From positions 12,000-75,999 of the IMG/VR virus record IMGVR_UViG_3300020474_000005: DNA of 64,000 bases; one strand, 5' to 3'. Source of the stretch: a virus. Positions 10,409 through 20,700 of this stretch are shown here, one piece after another. Made by a program: the position numbers and the translations under genes. The notes under the pieces were generated by a model that saw only the letters and a list, made by a program, of their open reading frames with translations, ran no database searches and had not been told where the DNA came from. Within the stretch, counting starts at the first letter, position 1. Every line of letters begins with the position of its first letter.

Positions 10409-10870
10409 ATGTCAAATACAGTTGGACAGGATACAGTTGTTTATTTAGAAAATGGTATAAAGTCGAGATACTTCTACGGATTAAGAAGAACAGAAGAAGG
10501 AACTTTATACATTGGAAAAGTTGACCAACTACAAGCAAACGACCCTGTAACGATAAACGTACCAGGTGCAGTCGCTGACAACTACGAAGGATTTGACCAA
10601 GGTGAAGATTTTTACGAAGGAAGAGATTTAAATCACGCTAAACCATTTAAAAATTTACAATACGAACAATTTAGATGGGATGATGTAAACTTAAATTATT
10701 ACATCAACAGCGAAGGAGAATTTGTTGTTCGATTAAACAGTAAAGTTGGAGACGGAACTATCACGTATCCACAAACTGATGAAACTTTAGTGGCACAACC
10801 AAGTGTGTTTACTATGGACAAGAACACAATTAAGTTTGATAGTAACGAAATAACATTCGATAGAACGTAA
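10409..10870 (+). CDS. virion structural protein (paralog of 12182..12556)
   Basis: Shared RYFYGLRRT, GEDFxEGRD, NLxYEQxxWD and YYxNxxGE motifs. Confidence 0.7.
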   Translation: MSNTVGQDTVVYLENGIKSRYFYGLRRTEEGTLYIGKVDQLQANDPVTINVPGAVADNYEGFDQGEDFYEGRDLNHAKPFKNLQYEQFRWDDVNLNYYINSEGEFVVRLNSKVGDGTITYPQTDETLVAQPSVFTMDKNTIKFDSNEITFDRT

Positions 10871-10889
10871 ACGTGGGAGGATACGAAGA

Positions 10890-12173
10890 ATGACAAGACA
10901 ACTAATTAACACCGGTACTTTACCTAACGATGGTCAGGGTGACTCGTTACGTGATGCTGGTACAAAACTAAATTCCAATTTCAATGAGGTATATACTGCC
11001 CTTGGAAATGGAACGACTTTAACAGTCGTACAAAATAATTTATTCAACGCAACAGGTGCCAACAAAATTGCATTTTTATATAATGCACTTTCCGATCTGC
11101 CTAATGCTACAACCTATCATGGTATGTTCGCCCACGTACATACTGAAGGTGCGGCATACTACGCTCACGCAGGCAACTGGGTTAAACTTCTTGACGCTAA
11201 CAAGTCGATTGACCTTCTATCGGATGTAGACACTTCATCAGCGGCTCCAACAAATGGACAAGCATTAGTTTGGGACGCAGGTGGTTCAAAATGGAAACCG
11301 GGAACAGTATCCGGTGGTGGAGGCGGCAGTGGTGTCACTTTATTCACAGGACTGACTGATACTCCAAGTTCATTCAGTGGATATGCAAATGGTTTTTTAA
11401 GAGTTAACACCGCGGCAGATGGTCTAGAACTTACAACAAGTTTTGGAATTGACACATTGTCAGATGTTGACACAACAACTTCGGCTCCAACAGCAGGACA
11501 AGTTTTAAAATGGAGTGGTACAAAATGGCAACCAGCGGCTGATTCAACATCAGGCGGCGGTGCATCGGATGCCTCAACATTAGATGGTTTAGATAGTACA
11601 TACTTCTTAAACTACAACAACTTGAACAACAAACCTACAATCGCAACTGCATTTACAGGATTAACAGATACTCCTGCAAACTTCTCAGGTGCTGAAGGTA
11701 GATTTGTTAAAGTCAACGCAGGTGGAACAGCATTAGAATTTGTGACTTCGTCAGCGGCTTCAACAGCATTCAATGATTTGACAGACGTTACAACAACAGG
11801 TGCGGCACAAGGTGATGTAGTTTACTACAATGGAACTGCATGGGTGTTGCAAAATGGTCCAGTAACTAGATGGAATCTTGGAACTAATGGAGCACAAGAC
11901 TACACATTCAGTGGTCCTGGTTTTCCAACAACAACTAATGACCCAGTATTATATTTGAGCAGAGGACAGACTTACGTTTTTGTAAATGGTGGAGGCTCTA
12001 CGCACCCATTTGAAATAAGAGTTTCAAACGGTGGAAGTGCGTATAGTTCAGGAGTAAGTGGTTCACAATCAGGAACACAGGTGTTCACTGTACCAATGAA
12101 TGCTCCAAGTACTTTGTATTATCAATGTACGGCGCATAGTGGAATGGGTAACACAATTAATATTGTAACATAA
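10890..12173 (+). CDS. short fibre with T4 gp9/gp10-like N-terminus and cupredoxin-like C-terminal domain
   Basis: N-terminal INTGTLPNDGQGDSLRDAGTKLNSNF; internal LSDVDT...GQxLxW and FTGLTDTP repeats; C-terminal HPF...YQCTAHSGM. Confidence 0.7.
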   Translation: MTRQLINTGTLPNDGQGDSLRDAGTKLNSNFNEVYTALGNGTTLTVVQNNLFNATGANKIAFLYNALSDLPNATTYHGMFAHVHTEGAAYYAHAGNWVKLLDANKSIDLLSDVDTSSAAPTNGQALVWDAGGSKWKPGTVSGGGGGSGVTLFTGLTDTPSSFSGYANGFLRVNTAADGLELTTSFGIDTLSDVDTTTSAPTAGQVLKWSGTKWQPAADSTSGGGASDASTLDGLDSTYFLNYNNLNNKPTIATAFTGLTDTPANFSGAEGRFVKVNAGGTALEFVTSSAASTAFNDLTDVTTTGAAQGDVVYYNGTAWVLQNGPVTRWNLGTNGAQDYTFSGPGFPTTTNDPVLYLSRGQTYVFVNGGGSTHPFEIRVSNGGSAYSSGVSGSQSGTQVFTVPMNAPSTLYYQCTAHSGMGNTINIVT

Positions 12174-12181
12174 GGATTATA

Positions 12182-12556
12182 ATGGCACAAGTTTTTGGAG
12201 TAGGCATAGATGAATTACAGAAGACACTTGGTAACAACAGGTATTTCTATGGTTTACGCAGAACTTCAGATGGAACGATCTACATGGTAAAAGCAGATTT
12301 GCTTGAACTGGAAGATGGTGTAGAATTGAATAGACCAGGAAATATTAATGAAAATTATAACAATTGGTCACGTGGAGAGGATTTCTTTGAAGGCAGAGAC
12401 ACTCAACACAAACTTGTTTATAAAAACCTTGTTTATGAACAGTACAAATGGGACGGAAGAAACCTATTTTACTACGTGAATAAAGATGGTGAATTGGTAT
12501 TAAAAGTTAACGAGGCGCAGACGTATACAGGATACGTTGAACCTTATAGTAGTTAG
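12182..12556 (+). CDS. virion structural protein (paralog of 10409..10870)
   Basis: Motifs shared with 10409..10870. Confidence 0.7.
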   Translation: MAQVFGVGIDELQKTLGNNRYFYGLRRTSDGTIYMVKADLLELEDGVELNRPGNINENYNNWSRGEDFFEGRDTQHKLVYKNLVYEQYKWDGRNLFYYVNKDGELVLKVNEAQTYTGYVEPYSS

Positions 12557-12584
12557 GAAATAAATAGTATTAAGGAATTAATCA

Positions 12585-15500
12585 ATGGCAGATTTTCGAA
12601 TAGATAGGATACGTTTTAAATGGAGAGGTGACTGGACAGCAGGAACTCTTTATGTAAAAGATGATGTCCTAAGATTCGGTGCAAAAGTTTATGTTTGTAC
12701 TGAAGTACACACATCAGATTCAAATTTTTACAACGACTTAAACGCAACAATTCCAAGATGGACACAAATGATGGACGGTCAAAGTTGGACCGGCGCATGG
12801 CAACCATCTACATTTTACAAAATAGGTGAACTTGTTAAAGTTGGTGGTCTTATATACAAATGTATAACAGGACACACTTCTAATTCATCAGCATCAAATG
12901 GTGTATTAGGTGATGAAACAAAATGGGTTTACTTTGCTAGAGGAGAAGACTGGGCAAGTGTATGGCAACCAGCGACTCTTTACAACGTTGACCAAACTGT
13001 TATCTATGGTGGATCAATTTGGAAGTGTAACACAGCACACACTTCTGCCACAGCAGATGACGGTTTGCAATACAACGCGGCATACTGGGATCAATATTCA
13101 AGATCAGACAACTGGAGAGGTGACTGGACACACAATACTTTATACTATCCAGATGATGTTATATACCACGGTGGTATGGTTTACAGATGTCTATCAGGAC
13201 ACAGATCTTCCACAACAAATGAATTTATTAGTCCAACAATAAAAACAAGTAACGTATCAGGTACAAGTTTTACATTCGCAATTTTCAAAGTAACAACAAC
13301 TTACTATTGTAGAATTATTACTGCTGGTTCAGGATACACAGCACTAGGCACAATCACAATAGATGGTGCGAACATAGGCGGTGTGACTGGAACAAATGAT
13401 GCAGTGATTACACTTAACACCGTAGACGGTTCAGGTGCGGTAACGGCAGTTTCAGTTGATGGTACTCCTAATTCAAACACAGATGGCTTAGAAGCCAACC
13501 AAGCACAATGGGAAACTGTTATGGATGGTATTAGATACCAAGGTGATTGGGGATTTGGTAAGAGATATTCAAAAGGTGATTTAGTAAGATGGTCTCCAGG
13601 TATGTGGAGAACAACAACAGGACACTGGTCAACTACTGGAACTATGGACGAATCCAAGTTTACACTGTGGTTACCAGGATTAGAATTCGAACAACTTTGG
13701 ACAACGTCACAATATTACCAACAAGGTGACATTGTTTTATATGGAGGTTACACATATCTTGCTTTAAAAAGTAACATCGGCGTAACTCCATTAGTAACAG
13801 ATTCAAGCGCCACATGGCAATTACAGATTGTTGGATACACATTCAAAGGCGACTGGGTAGGACAAACAATAGTAAACAACCAACTTACTCCATACGAATA
13901 CAAAACAGGTGATGTTGTAACAGCAGGTGGTCATTTATACATCGCGGTTAGAACGCACAGCAACACAGATCCGAACACGGATACAACCTACGATCCTGGT
14001 ACAGATACTCCATTCCCATGGCAAAAACTTGTAGATGCTCATGCTTGGAAAGGTCCTTGGAAAACACAAGACATCGGTGGCAAAACTGGTGAGTCAACTT
14101 ATTTCCCAGGAGATGTAGTTTCAGTTGCAGGTACAATATATAGATGTATACTAACACACGAAGCAAATTCATCAGATGCTAAACCACCGTTAGACTTTGC
14201 ATCTGAAAACGTTGGACCATATTGGGTATTATTAGCACAAGGTCACGCACCAAACGTATTGGAATATCCAGGTGATGTTAAAACAGTACAATCAGATTCA
14301 ACAAGATTAAGAATAGGTTTAGGAACGGCGGGACAATTATTAAAAGTAAACACAAACGGTTTACCTTATTGGGAAGACTTTGAAGTAGTACAAAAAGTTT
14401 TCTATGTTGCTCCAGAAGGAAATGACACAATTAATAATGGAGATAAATTATCTGCTCCATTCAAAACTATAAAATATGCTTGTGATTACATTCAACAAGA
14501 TTTAAACAACAGAGCACCAGCAACTGTTTTTGTTAAAACAGGAATTTATGAAGAAATATTACCAATCACAGTTCCAAGAGACGTTGCTATTGTTGGAGAT
14601 GAATTAAGAAGTACAACAATTAAACCTGCGTCAGGATATGAAACAGGTTATGATATGTTCAGAGTAAACAACGGAACTGGTATTAGAAATTTAAGTTTAA
14701 TGGGACTAACAGGTTCTTTGGGAGCGATGAATTCCTATGGTACAAAACGTCCAACAGGTGGAGCATTTGTTACCTTAAATCCAGGAACAGGTCCAACAGA
14801 CGCAAGTGCATGGATTACAAGTAAATCTTGTTATGTACAAAACGTTTCTACATTTGGTACAGGTTGTATTGGAATGAAAGTAGACGGCGATTTACACAAT
14901 GGTGGTAACAAATCAATTGTTGCCAATGACTTTACACAGGTAATTGACCAAGGTATTGGTTATTGGGCAAACGGTGAAGGTAAATCGGAACTTGTATCTG
15001 TGTTTACGTACTATTGCCACATAGGTTATCTTGCTACAAACGGTGGAAAAGTTAGAGCAACAAACGGAAACAATTCATATGGAGATTTTGGTTCGGTTGC
15101 AGAAGGTGTTACACCAACTGAAACAGCAATTACGGCAAAAATTAACAACAGAACAAAAGAAGCGACTGTTGACGCAGTTTACAATGATGAAAACGAAATA
15201 TTTGCATTTGCTTATGCTCATGCAGGTCAGGATTACACATCAGGAACAATTACAATTTCAGGTTCAGGTGCAGGAGCGGCAGGTACTCTTGGATATGCAA
15301 ACACACGTGATGGTGGTGTAAACAGAATTAGATTAATGGGTCCTGGAGATTCTACTCCAGCAGGAGGTGCCGGTTATACAAGTATATCTGGTCCAGCAAT
15401 TTCAGGTGATAAAACATCTATCAAACTTAATGCACAATTTCAAGGTACGTCGGCACAGACTATTGGACAAAGAATATACATAAGAGAAGGTACAGGTAGA

Positions 15501-17750
15501 GGACAGTACGCGATAGTTGATACTTTTAACGAAGTGACAAAAGTTGCAACAGTTAAAAAAGAATTTGATAATACACCAGGTTGGCAACATTTACTAGGTG
15601 GCTTCCCGATTGCGGCTGTATTAGATCCATCTACAAAATATTTCATCGAGCCTAGAGCCAGTTTTGCAGAACCAAGTTATACTAGCACAACTCCAAATTT
15701 AGCGATAGCAGGTGATTATCAAGTTGGTTGTCATGGAAGAATAGGTTCTTCTAACATCACAGTATTATTAGGTTCTGGCAGAGGTTCTAGAACATCAGAC
15801 GGTACAAACTTTACTACTTGTAGTGGTGTATCCACAACTACTTGGAATGATATCGAAGCAAATCAAAATAAATTTATAGCAGTTTCGTCAAGCGGTGTAG
15901 TAAACACATCTAACGATGGTGCTACATGGAGTGACATAAGTGGTTCAGTTGGTTCAGACACATTCACAGGTGTTGCGGCGATTGGAACAACTTGGATAAT
16001 TGTATCAGACACAGGTATTATATATCGTTCAACAGATAACGGTTCAAGTTGGACAAACTCACAAGTAGAACCATATGATGGTTCAACTCCGATATTTAAA
16101 TATGTTGCGGCAGGTAACGGATTGTTTATAACTTCTAACCAATACGGACAAACTTGGGAATCAGTTGATGATGGTGTTACATGGCAATTGGCGGCAATAG
16201 TTGGTGGACAAGGTGTAGGTGGTTACAAATATCTTGCAAAAGATTTAGTTTTCAAAAATGGAAAATTCTTAATGCCTGTACAAGATTCACCATTAGATGA
16301 TTCAACGTCATTGAATAAAATTTTTGTAACAAACGCTAACGTGGCACAAAGTTCTACAAGTGCAGTTACAACTTGGACTGAATCAGATACTTTACCACAC
16401 AGTGGACCTTACAAAGTTACAGGTATGCAAGGAACTTTTGTGGCAATCACTGCAAATGGTGAGGTAGCATACAGTTACGATGGTATGTGTTGGAAACAAT
16501 TAACAGGAACACTTTCAGGAACATATGACAAAATTGTTGAAGGAAGAAATTCAGGTGGTTACTTTATTCCACTAAAAACAACTGCAATGAGTTCAGCAAC
16601 TGTAATGAAAAAAGGTGCTCCACCATTAGCAAGAGTTATTACAAACGCAGGAAAACTTTCAAAAGTACAAATTTTTGATCCAGGAAGTGGTTATTCGGCG
16701 GCGCCTAACATAACAATTACTGATAATAGAAATACTATAGATGCACAACTGCAATGTAGAATTGCAAATGGTGTACTAGGGCAACCTACATTTACAAACA
16801 GAGGTACAGGATTTATAAATGTAAGTGCAACAATTACTGGTGATGGTTTAGCAGATGAATATCAAGTTGGAAAAGTTGTACAAATAAAAGATTTATCACG
16901 TGAACCTGGTCCAGGAGACTTGTTATACGTGACTGGAATCGCAGATCAAATATATAGAGTTACACAAATTACAAACGTAAGTGGAAGTGCACCAAACTTA
17001 TCAGCAACGTTTAGAATATCACCAAGTTTTAAAGAAAATGAATCTCCGGATCATGAAACAACGTTAACTATCAGACAACAATATTCACAAATTAGATTAA
17101 CTGGACACGACTTCCTAGATATAGGTACTGGTGGAACAAGCACAACAAACTATCCAGACTTATACACTAACCTAGGATTTACTACTGGTTATGAAGCACA
17201 ACAAAATAAAGAAGTTAAAATGAGTGGTGGTGGAAGAGTATTCTACACTTCAACTGACCAAGATGGTAACTTTAGAACAGGTGAATTGTTTGAAGTAGAA
17301 CAGTCAACAGGTATTGTAACACTAAACGCAGACTTATTCAACCTATCAGGATTAAGTGAATTAAGTTTAGGTGGTGTTGTATTAGGTGGTACAGAAGTTG
17401 TAATTAGAGAATTTAGTACAGACGAAACTATGTCTGCCAACTCTAATGAAAAAGTTCCAACGCAGAAAGCAGTTGTTTCTTACATTGGAAACAGAGTATC
17501 TGGCGGTGGTGCTAACTTGAACGTTTCTGGATTTAGAGCAGGTCAAGTTAAAGTAAGAAATGCCGAAATATTTAACGAAGCATTTCCAACTAATGGAACT
17601 ATTACGTTCCCACAAACCACTGAATTAGCAGGTGGAATTGACGGTTACTTGATGGCATTAAACTATTTTACAGGTGGTGTTGCAAGTACAGAATTAAATG
17701 AAGGAGATCCGATTAGTGCAACAGACCCATCTAACGGATATGGACAATAA
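12585..17750 (+). CDS. giant fibre/adhesin with CBM5/12-like Trp/Tyr repeats, beta-helix and BNR/Asp-box-like propeller (1721 aa)
   Basis: Repeated W-x-G-x-W...Y..GD.V..GG..Y.C; SxDGxTW/STDNGSSW motifs; paralog of 17786..23461. Confidence 0.7.
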   Translation: MADFRIDRIRFKWRGDWTAGTLYVKDDVLRFGAKVYVCTEVHTSDSNFYNDLNATIPRWTQMMDGQSWTGAWQPSTFYKIGELVKVGGLIYKCITGHTSNSSASNGVLGDETKWVYFARGEDWASVWQPATLYNVDQTVIYGGSIWKCNTAHTSATADDGLQYNAAYWDQYSRSDNWRGDWTHNTLYYPDDVIYHGGMVYRCLSGHRSSTTNEFISPTIKTSNVSGTSFTFAIFKVTTTYYCRIITAGSGYTALGTITIDGANIGGVTGTNDAVITLNTVDGSGAVTAVSVDGTPNSNTDGLEANQAQWETVMDGIRYQGDWGFGKRYSKGDLVRWSPGMWRTTTGHWSTTGTMDESKFTLWLPGLEFEQLWTTSQYYQQGDIVLYGGYTYLALKSNIGVTPLVTDSSATWQLQIVGYTFKGDWVGQTIVNNQLTPYEYKTGDVVTAGGHLYIAVRTHSNTDPNTDTTYDPGTDTPFPWQKLVDAHAWKGPWKTQDIGGKTGESTYFPGDVVSVAGTIYRCILTHEANSSDAKPPLDFASENVGPYWVLLAQGHAPNVLEYPGDVKTVQSDSTRLRIGLGTAGQLLKVNTNGLPYWEDFEVVQKVFYVAPEGNDTINNGDKLSAPFKTIKYACDYIQQDLNNRAPATVFVKTGIYEEILPITVPRDVAIVGDELRSTTIKPASGYETGYDMFRVNNGTGIRNLSLMGLTGSLGAMNSYGTKRPTGGAFVTLNPGTGPTDASAWITSKSCYVQNVSTFGTGCIGMKVDGDLHNGGNKSIVANDFTQVIDQGIGYWANGEGKSELVSVFTYYCHIGYLATNGGKVRATNGNNSYGDFGSVAEGVTPTETAITAKINNRTKEATVDAVYNDENEIFAFAYAHAGQDYTSGTITISGSGAGAAGTLGYANTRDGGVNRIRLMGPGDSTPAGGAGYTSISGPAISGDKTSIKLNAQFQGTSAQTIGQRIYIREGTGRGQYAIVDTFNEVTKVATVKKEFDNTPGWQHLLGGFPIAAVLDPSTKYFIEPRASFAEPSYTSTTPNLAIAGDYQVGCHGRIGSSNITVLLGSGRGSRTSDGTNFTTCSGVSTTTWNDIEANQNKFIAVSSSGVVNTSNDGATWSDISGSVGSDTFTGVAAIGTTWIIVSDTGIIYRSTDNGSSWTNSQVEPYDGSTPIFKYVAAGNGLFITSNQYGQTWESVDDGVTWQLAAIVGGQGVGGYKYLAKDLVFKNGKFLMPVQDSPLDDSTSLNKIFVTNANVAQSSTSAVTTWTESDTLPHSGPYKVTGMQGTFVAITANGEVAYSYDGMCWKQLTGTLSGTYDKIVEGRNSGGYFIPLKTTAMSSATVMKKGAPPLARVITNAGKLSKVQIFDPGSGYSAAPNITITDNRNTIDAQLQCRIANGVLGQPTFTNRGTGFINVSATITGDGLADEYQVGKVVQIKDLSREPGPGDLLYVTGIADQIYRVTQITNVSGSAPNLSATFRISPSFKENESPDHETTLTIRQQYSQIRLTGHDFLDIGTGGTSTTNYPDLYTNLGFTTGYEAQQNKEVKMSGGGRVFYTSTDQDGNFRTGELFEVEQSTGIVTLNADLFNLSGLSELSLGGVVLGGTEVVIREFSTDETMSANSNEKVPTQKAVVSYIGNRVSGGGANLNVSGFRAGQVKVRNAEIFNEAFPTNGTITFPQTTELAGGIDGYLMALNYFTGGVASTELNEGDPISATDPSNGYGQ

Positions 17751-17785
17751 TGATAAATAACTTTAATAAGAGGAAATTTTAACCC

Positions 17786-20700
17786 ATGGCAGAGTTTAAA
17801 CTAGGTAGAATACGTTTTGTATGGAAAGGTGCTTGGTACACGAGCACTATATACAGTGTAGATGACGTTGTAAGATACGGTGGTAGAACATATATCTGTG
17901 TTGTCAACCACACGGCTAACGCATCATTTCAAGTTGATTTAACAGCGGCAAATTGGGCGTTGATGTCCGATGGTCAAGAATGGAAAGGCGATTGGAGTCT
18001 TAACACAACTTACAAACCAAACGATATTGTAAAATACGGTGGTTACATTTACATTGCTAACACAGGACACACATCTAGTTCAAGTGCATCAGACGGATTA
18101 GAAGTTGATTCTTCTAAATGGGATTTATTCATTGAAGGTTTTGATTACAAATCATCTTGGGCAATCAACACAAGATACAAAGTTAACGATTTAGTAAAAT
18201 ACGGCGGAGTAGTTTATCTTTGTATAACAGAACACACTTCAGCGGCAACAACCGCAGATGGTTTAGAAACTGATCAAGCGAAATGGGAAGCATTTTCAAA
18301 AGGATTCAATTGGTTAAACACTTGGGCAACTAGCACAAGATACAAATCAAAAGACACAGTTTCATATGGTGGACAGATTTATGTTTGTATAACAGGTCAC
18401 ACATCAAACGCATCGGCGGCATCAGGATTAGAAGCCGACCAAGCGAAATGGGAATACCTACACAAAGGTATAGAGTACAAAGGTGCTTTCGCAGGTACAA
18501 CAAGATACAAAGCAAACGATGTTGTTAAAGGTGGAGCAAACTTATACATCTGTACAACAGGTTACACATCAACAACAGATATAAATGCAGATGCATCTAA
18601 CTGGTCATTATTTGTTCCAGGTTTAGAATTTGAAGATTCATGGAGTTCAGCAACAAAATATCAACCAGGTGACACAGTTACTTACGGTGGTTACCAATAT
18701 GTTGCAAAAACTTTAAACGAAAATAAAGTTCCGTCAACGCAAACAAGTGACTGGGCATTATTTGTAACAGGATTTAATTTAAGAGGCGACTACAACAACG
18801 GAACAGCATACAAAACTGGTGACGTTGTAAGAGTTGGTGGTTTCACTTACATAAACATTGCAGACTCAACAGGTAATAGACCACCTAACGTTGTATACTG
18901 GAACAAACTTAATGAAGGTATGTACTGGAAAGGCAACTGGGCCAATGCAACTTATTACGACAAAGGTGATATTGTAAGAGGAACATTAAACACAGATACA
19001 TCTTATATTTGTGTTGGTTCGCACACATCGAACAATCAAGCACCAAGCACAATCAATCAACCAGATTATCCAGCAGGAGCAGGTGTAGACACATCTAACT
19101 GGCAATTATTATCAGGCGGTCCTGAAAATGATGTATTATCTGCACAAGGTGATATTTTAATTTACGGTGCATCTGGTCCACAAAGATTACCAATTGGCAC
19201 ATCGGGACAAGCATTAGTTGTTAATGCGGCAGGTACTTTACCAGAATGGGGCAACGTAGGTAAAATTGATCAAGTTTATTATGTAAGTCCAAATGGAACG
19301 GACAAACCAGCACCAACATCAGGTGTAACTTTAGATAGAGCATGGAAAACAATTAGATATGCACTTCATGAAATAGATAAAGGTCCTAGAAACCCACAAG
19401 CGGCTTATATGCTTACAAGAAACAAAGCATACATCCAAGATGAAACTATTGCTTGGATCAATGCACAGATTGCCGGTAACGTTCCACCATTTACAACTTC
19501 GTTCACATACGGCGCAGTAAAATGTAGAAGAGACATTGGTATAATCATTGACGCAACAATCTATGACTTAACACACGGTGGAAACATTAAATCAAGATTT
19601 GCGGCATTAAATTACTTTACACCAGCAGGTGCTTCTTATGTAACAGGACAAACGTCTGAAACAGCGGCGTCTATTGTTCAGGCAAGTGCTATTGCTAAAT
19701 TAGTTGTTGCAAACGGAACACACAGTAACTTACAAGGTTCAACACCTAAGTATGCAAATGCGGCTTACACAGCAGAAGAAGGTACAACTACACTAATTGA
19801 AACATTGATGAAATATTCATCAGATGCAATCACGGCAGGTAACGTAACAAGTGTACCAGTAGCAAACAATCCAAACATTACTTTAAATGTTAAAACAGGA
19901 ATTTACAACGAAATTCTTCCAATGAGAGTTTCAAGAAACACAGCAGTTGTTGGAGATGAATTAAGATCAACAAACATCAGACCAGCGGCTTCAGTTGTTA
20001 ACTCTTCAGATGTACAATACAGTCTACAAGGTATACAACGTATGGAAGCAATTATAAGCGATGTTGTACAAAACAACTCAGTAACAAAAACACCATCAGG
20101 TGGTGTTGTGTCAGTTACTATGCCAGGTGGTTACATAGGTGTAACTCAAGGTACAGGAACAGCAGTTTCTTCAACTGGTGGTGATGGTACAGGTGCAACA
20201 TTTAATATCACAACTAACGCATTTGGTTTCGTAACTAATTTAACAGTGGCGGCTCCAGGACAAAGTTATATAATTGGAAACAATATTACAATACCAGCAA
20301 GTACAGTTATCGTTGGAACAAGTGGTAACACAACACTTGGTGTTGCAGTTACTTTCCCAGTTACAGCAGTAACTTCAGGAAACACACTAACACAGAACAC
20401 AGATGCTCCGGCAGGTAACGCGACTGTTGGTACTAGAGCGGCTACAATCGCTGATCAAATTGAGAAGTACATTGACTTCAAAATCAACGCAAACGGTTCG
20501 GAACCAGCACTTCAAGGTAGCAATATTGCTGAATTTACAGCGGCTTACACAGATGCAAGATTAAGACTTTTAGCAAACAAAGAATTTATTGCCAAAGAGG
20601 CGGCTGAATATGTGAAAAGACAAAACCCAGGCGTAAGTTTTGTTGTTGCAGATTGTGAAGATGACATCAAAGATTACGTAGACGGAATTATTCACGACTT

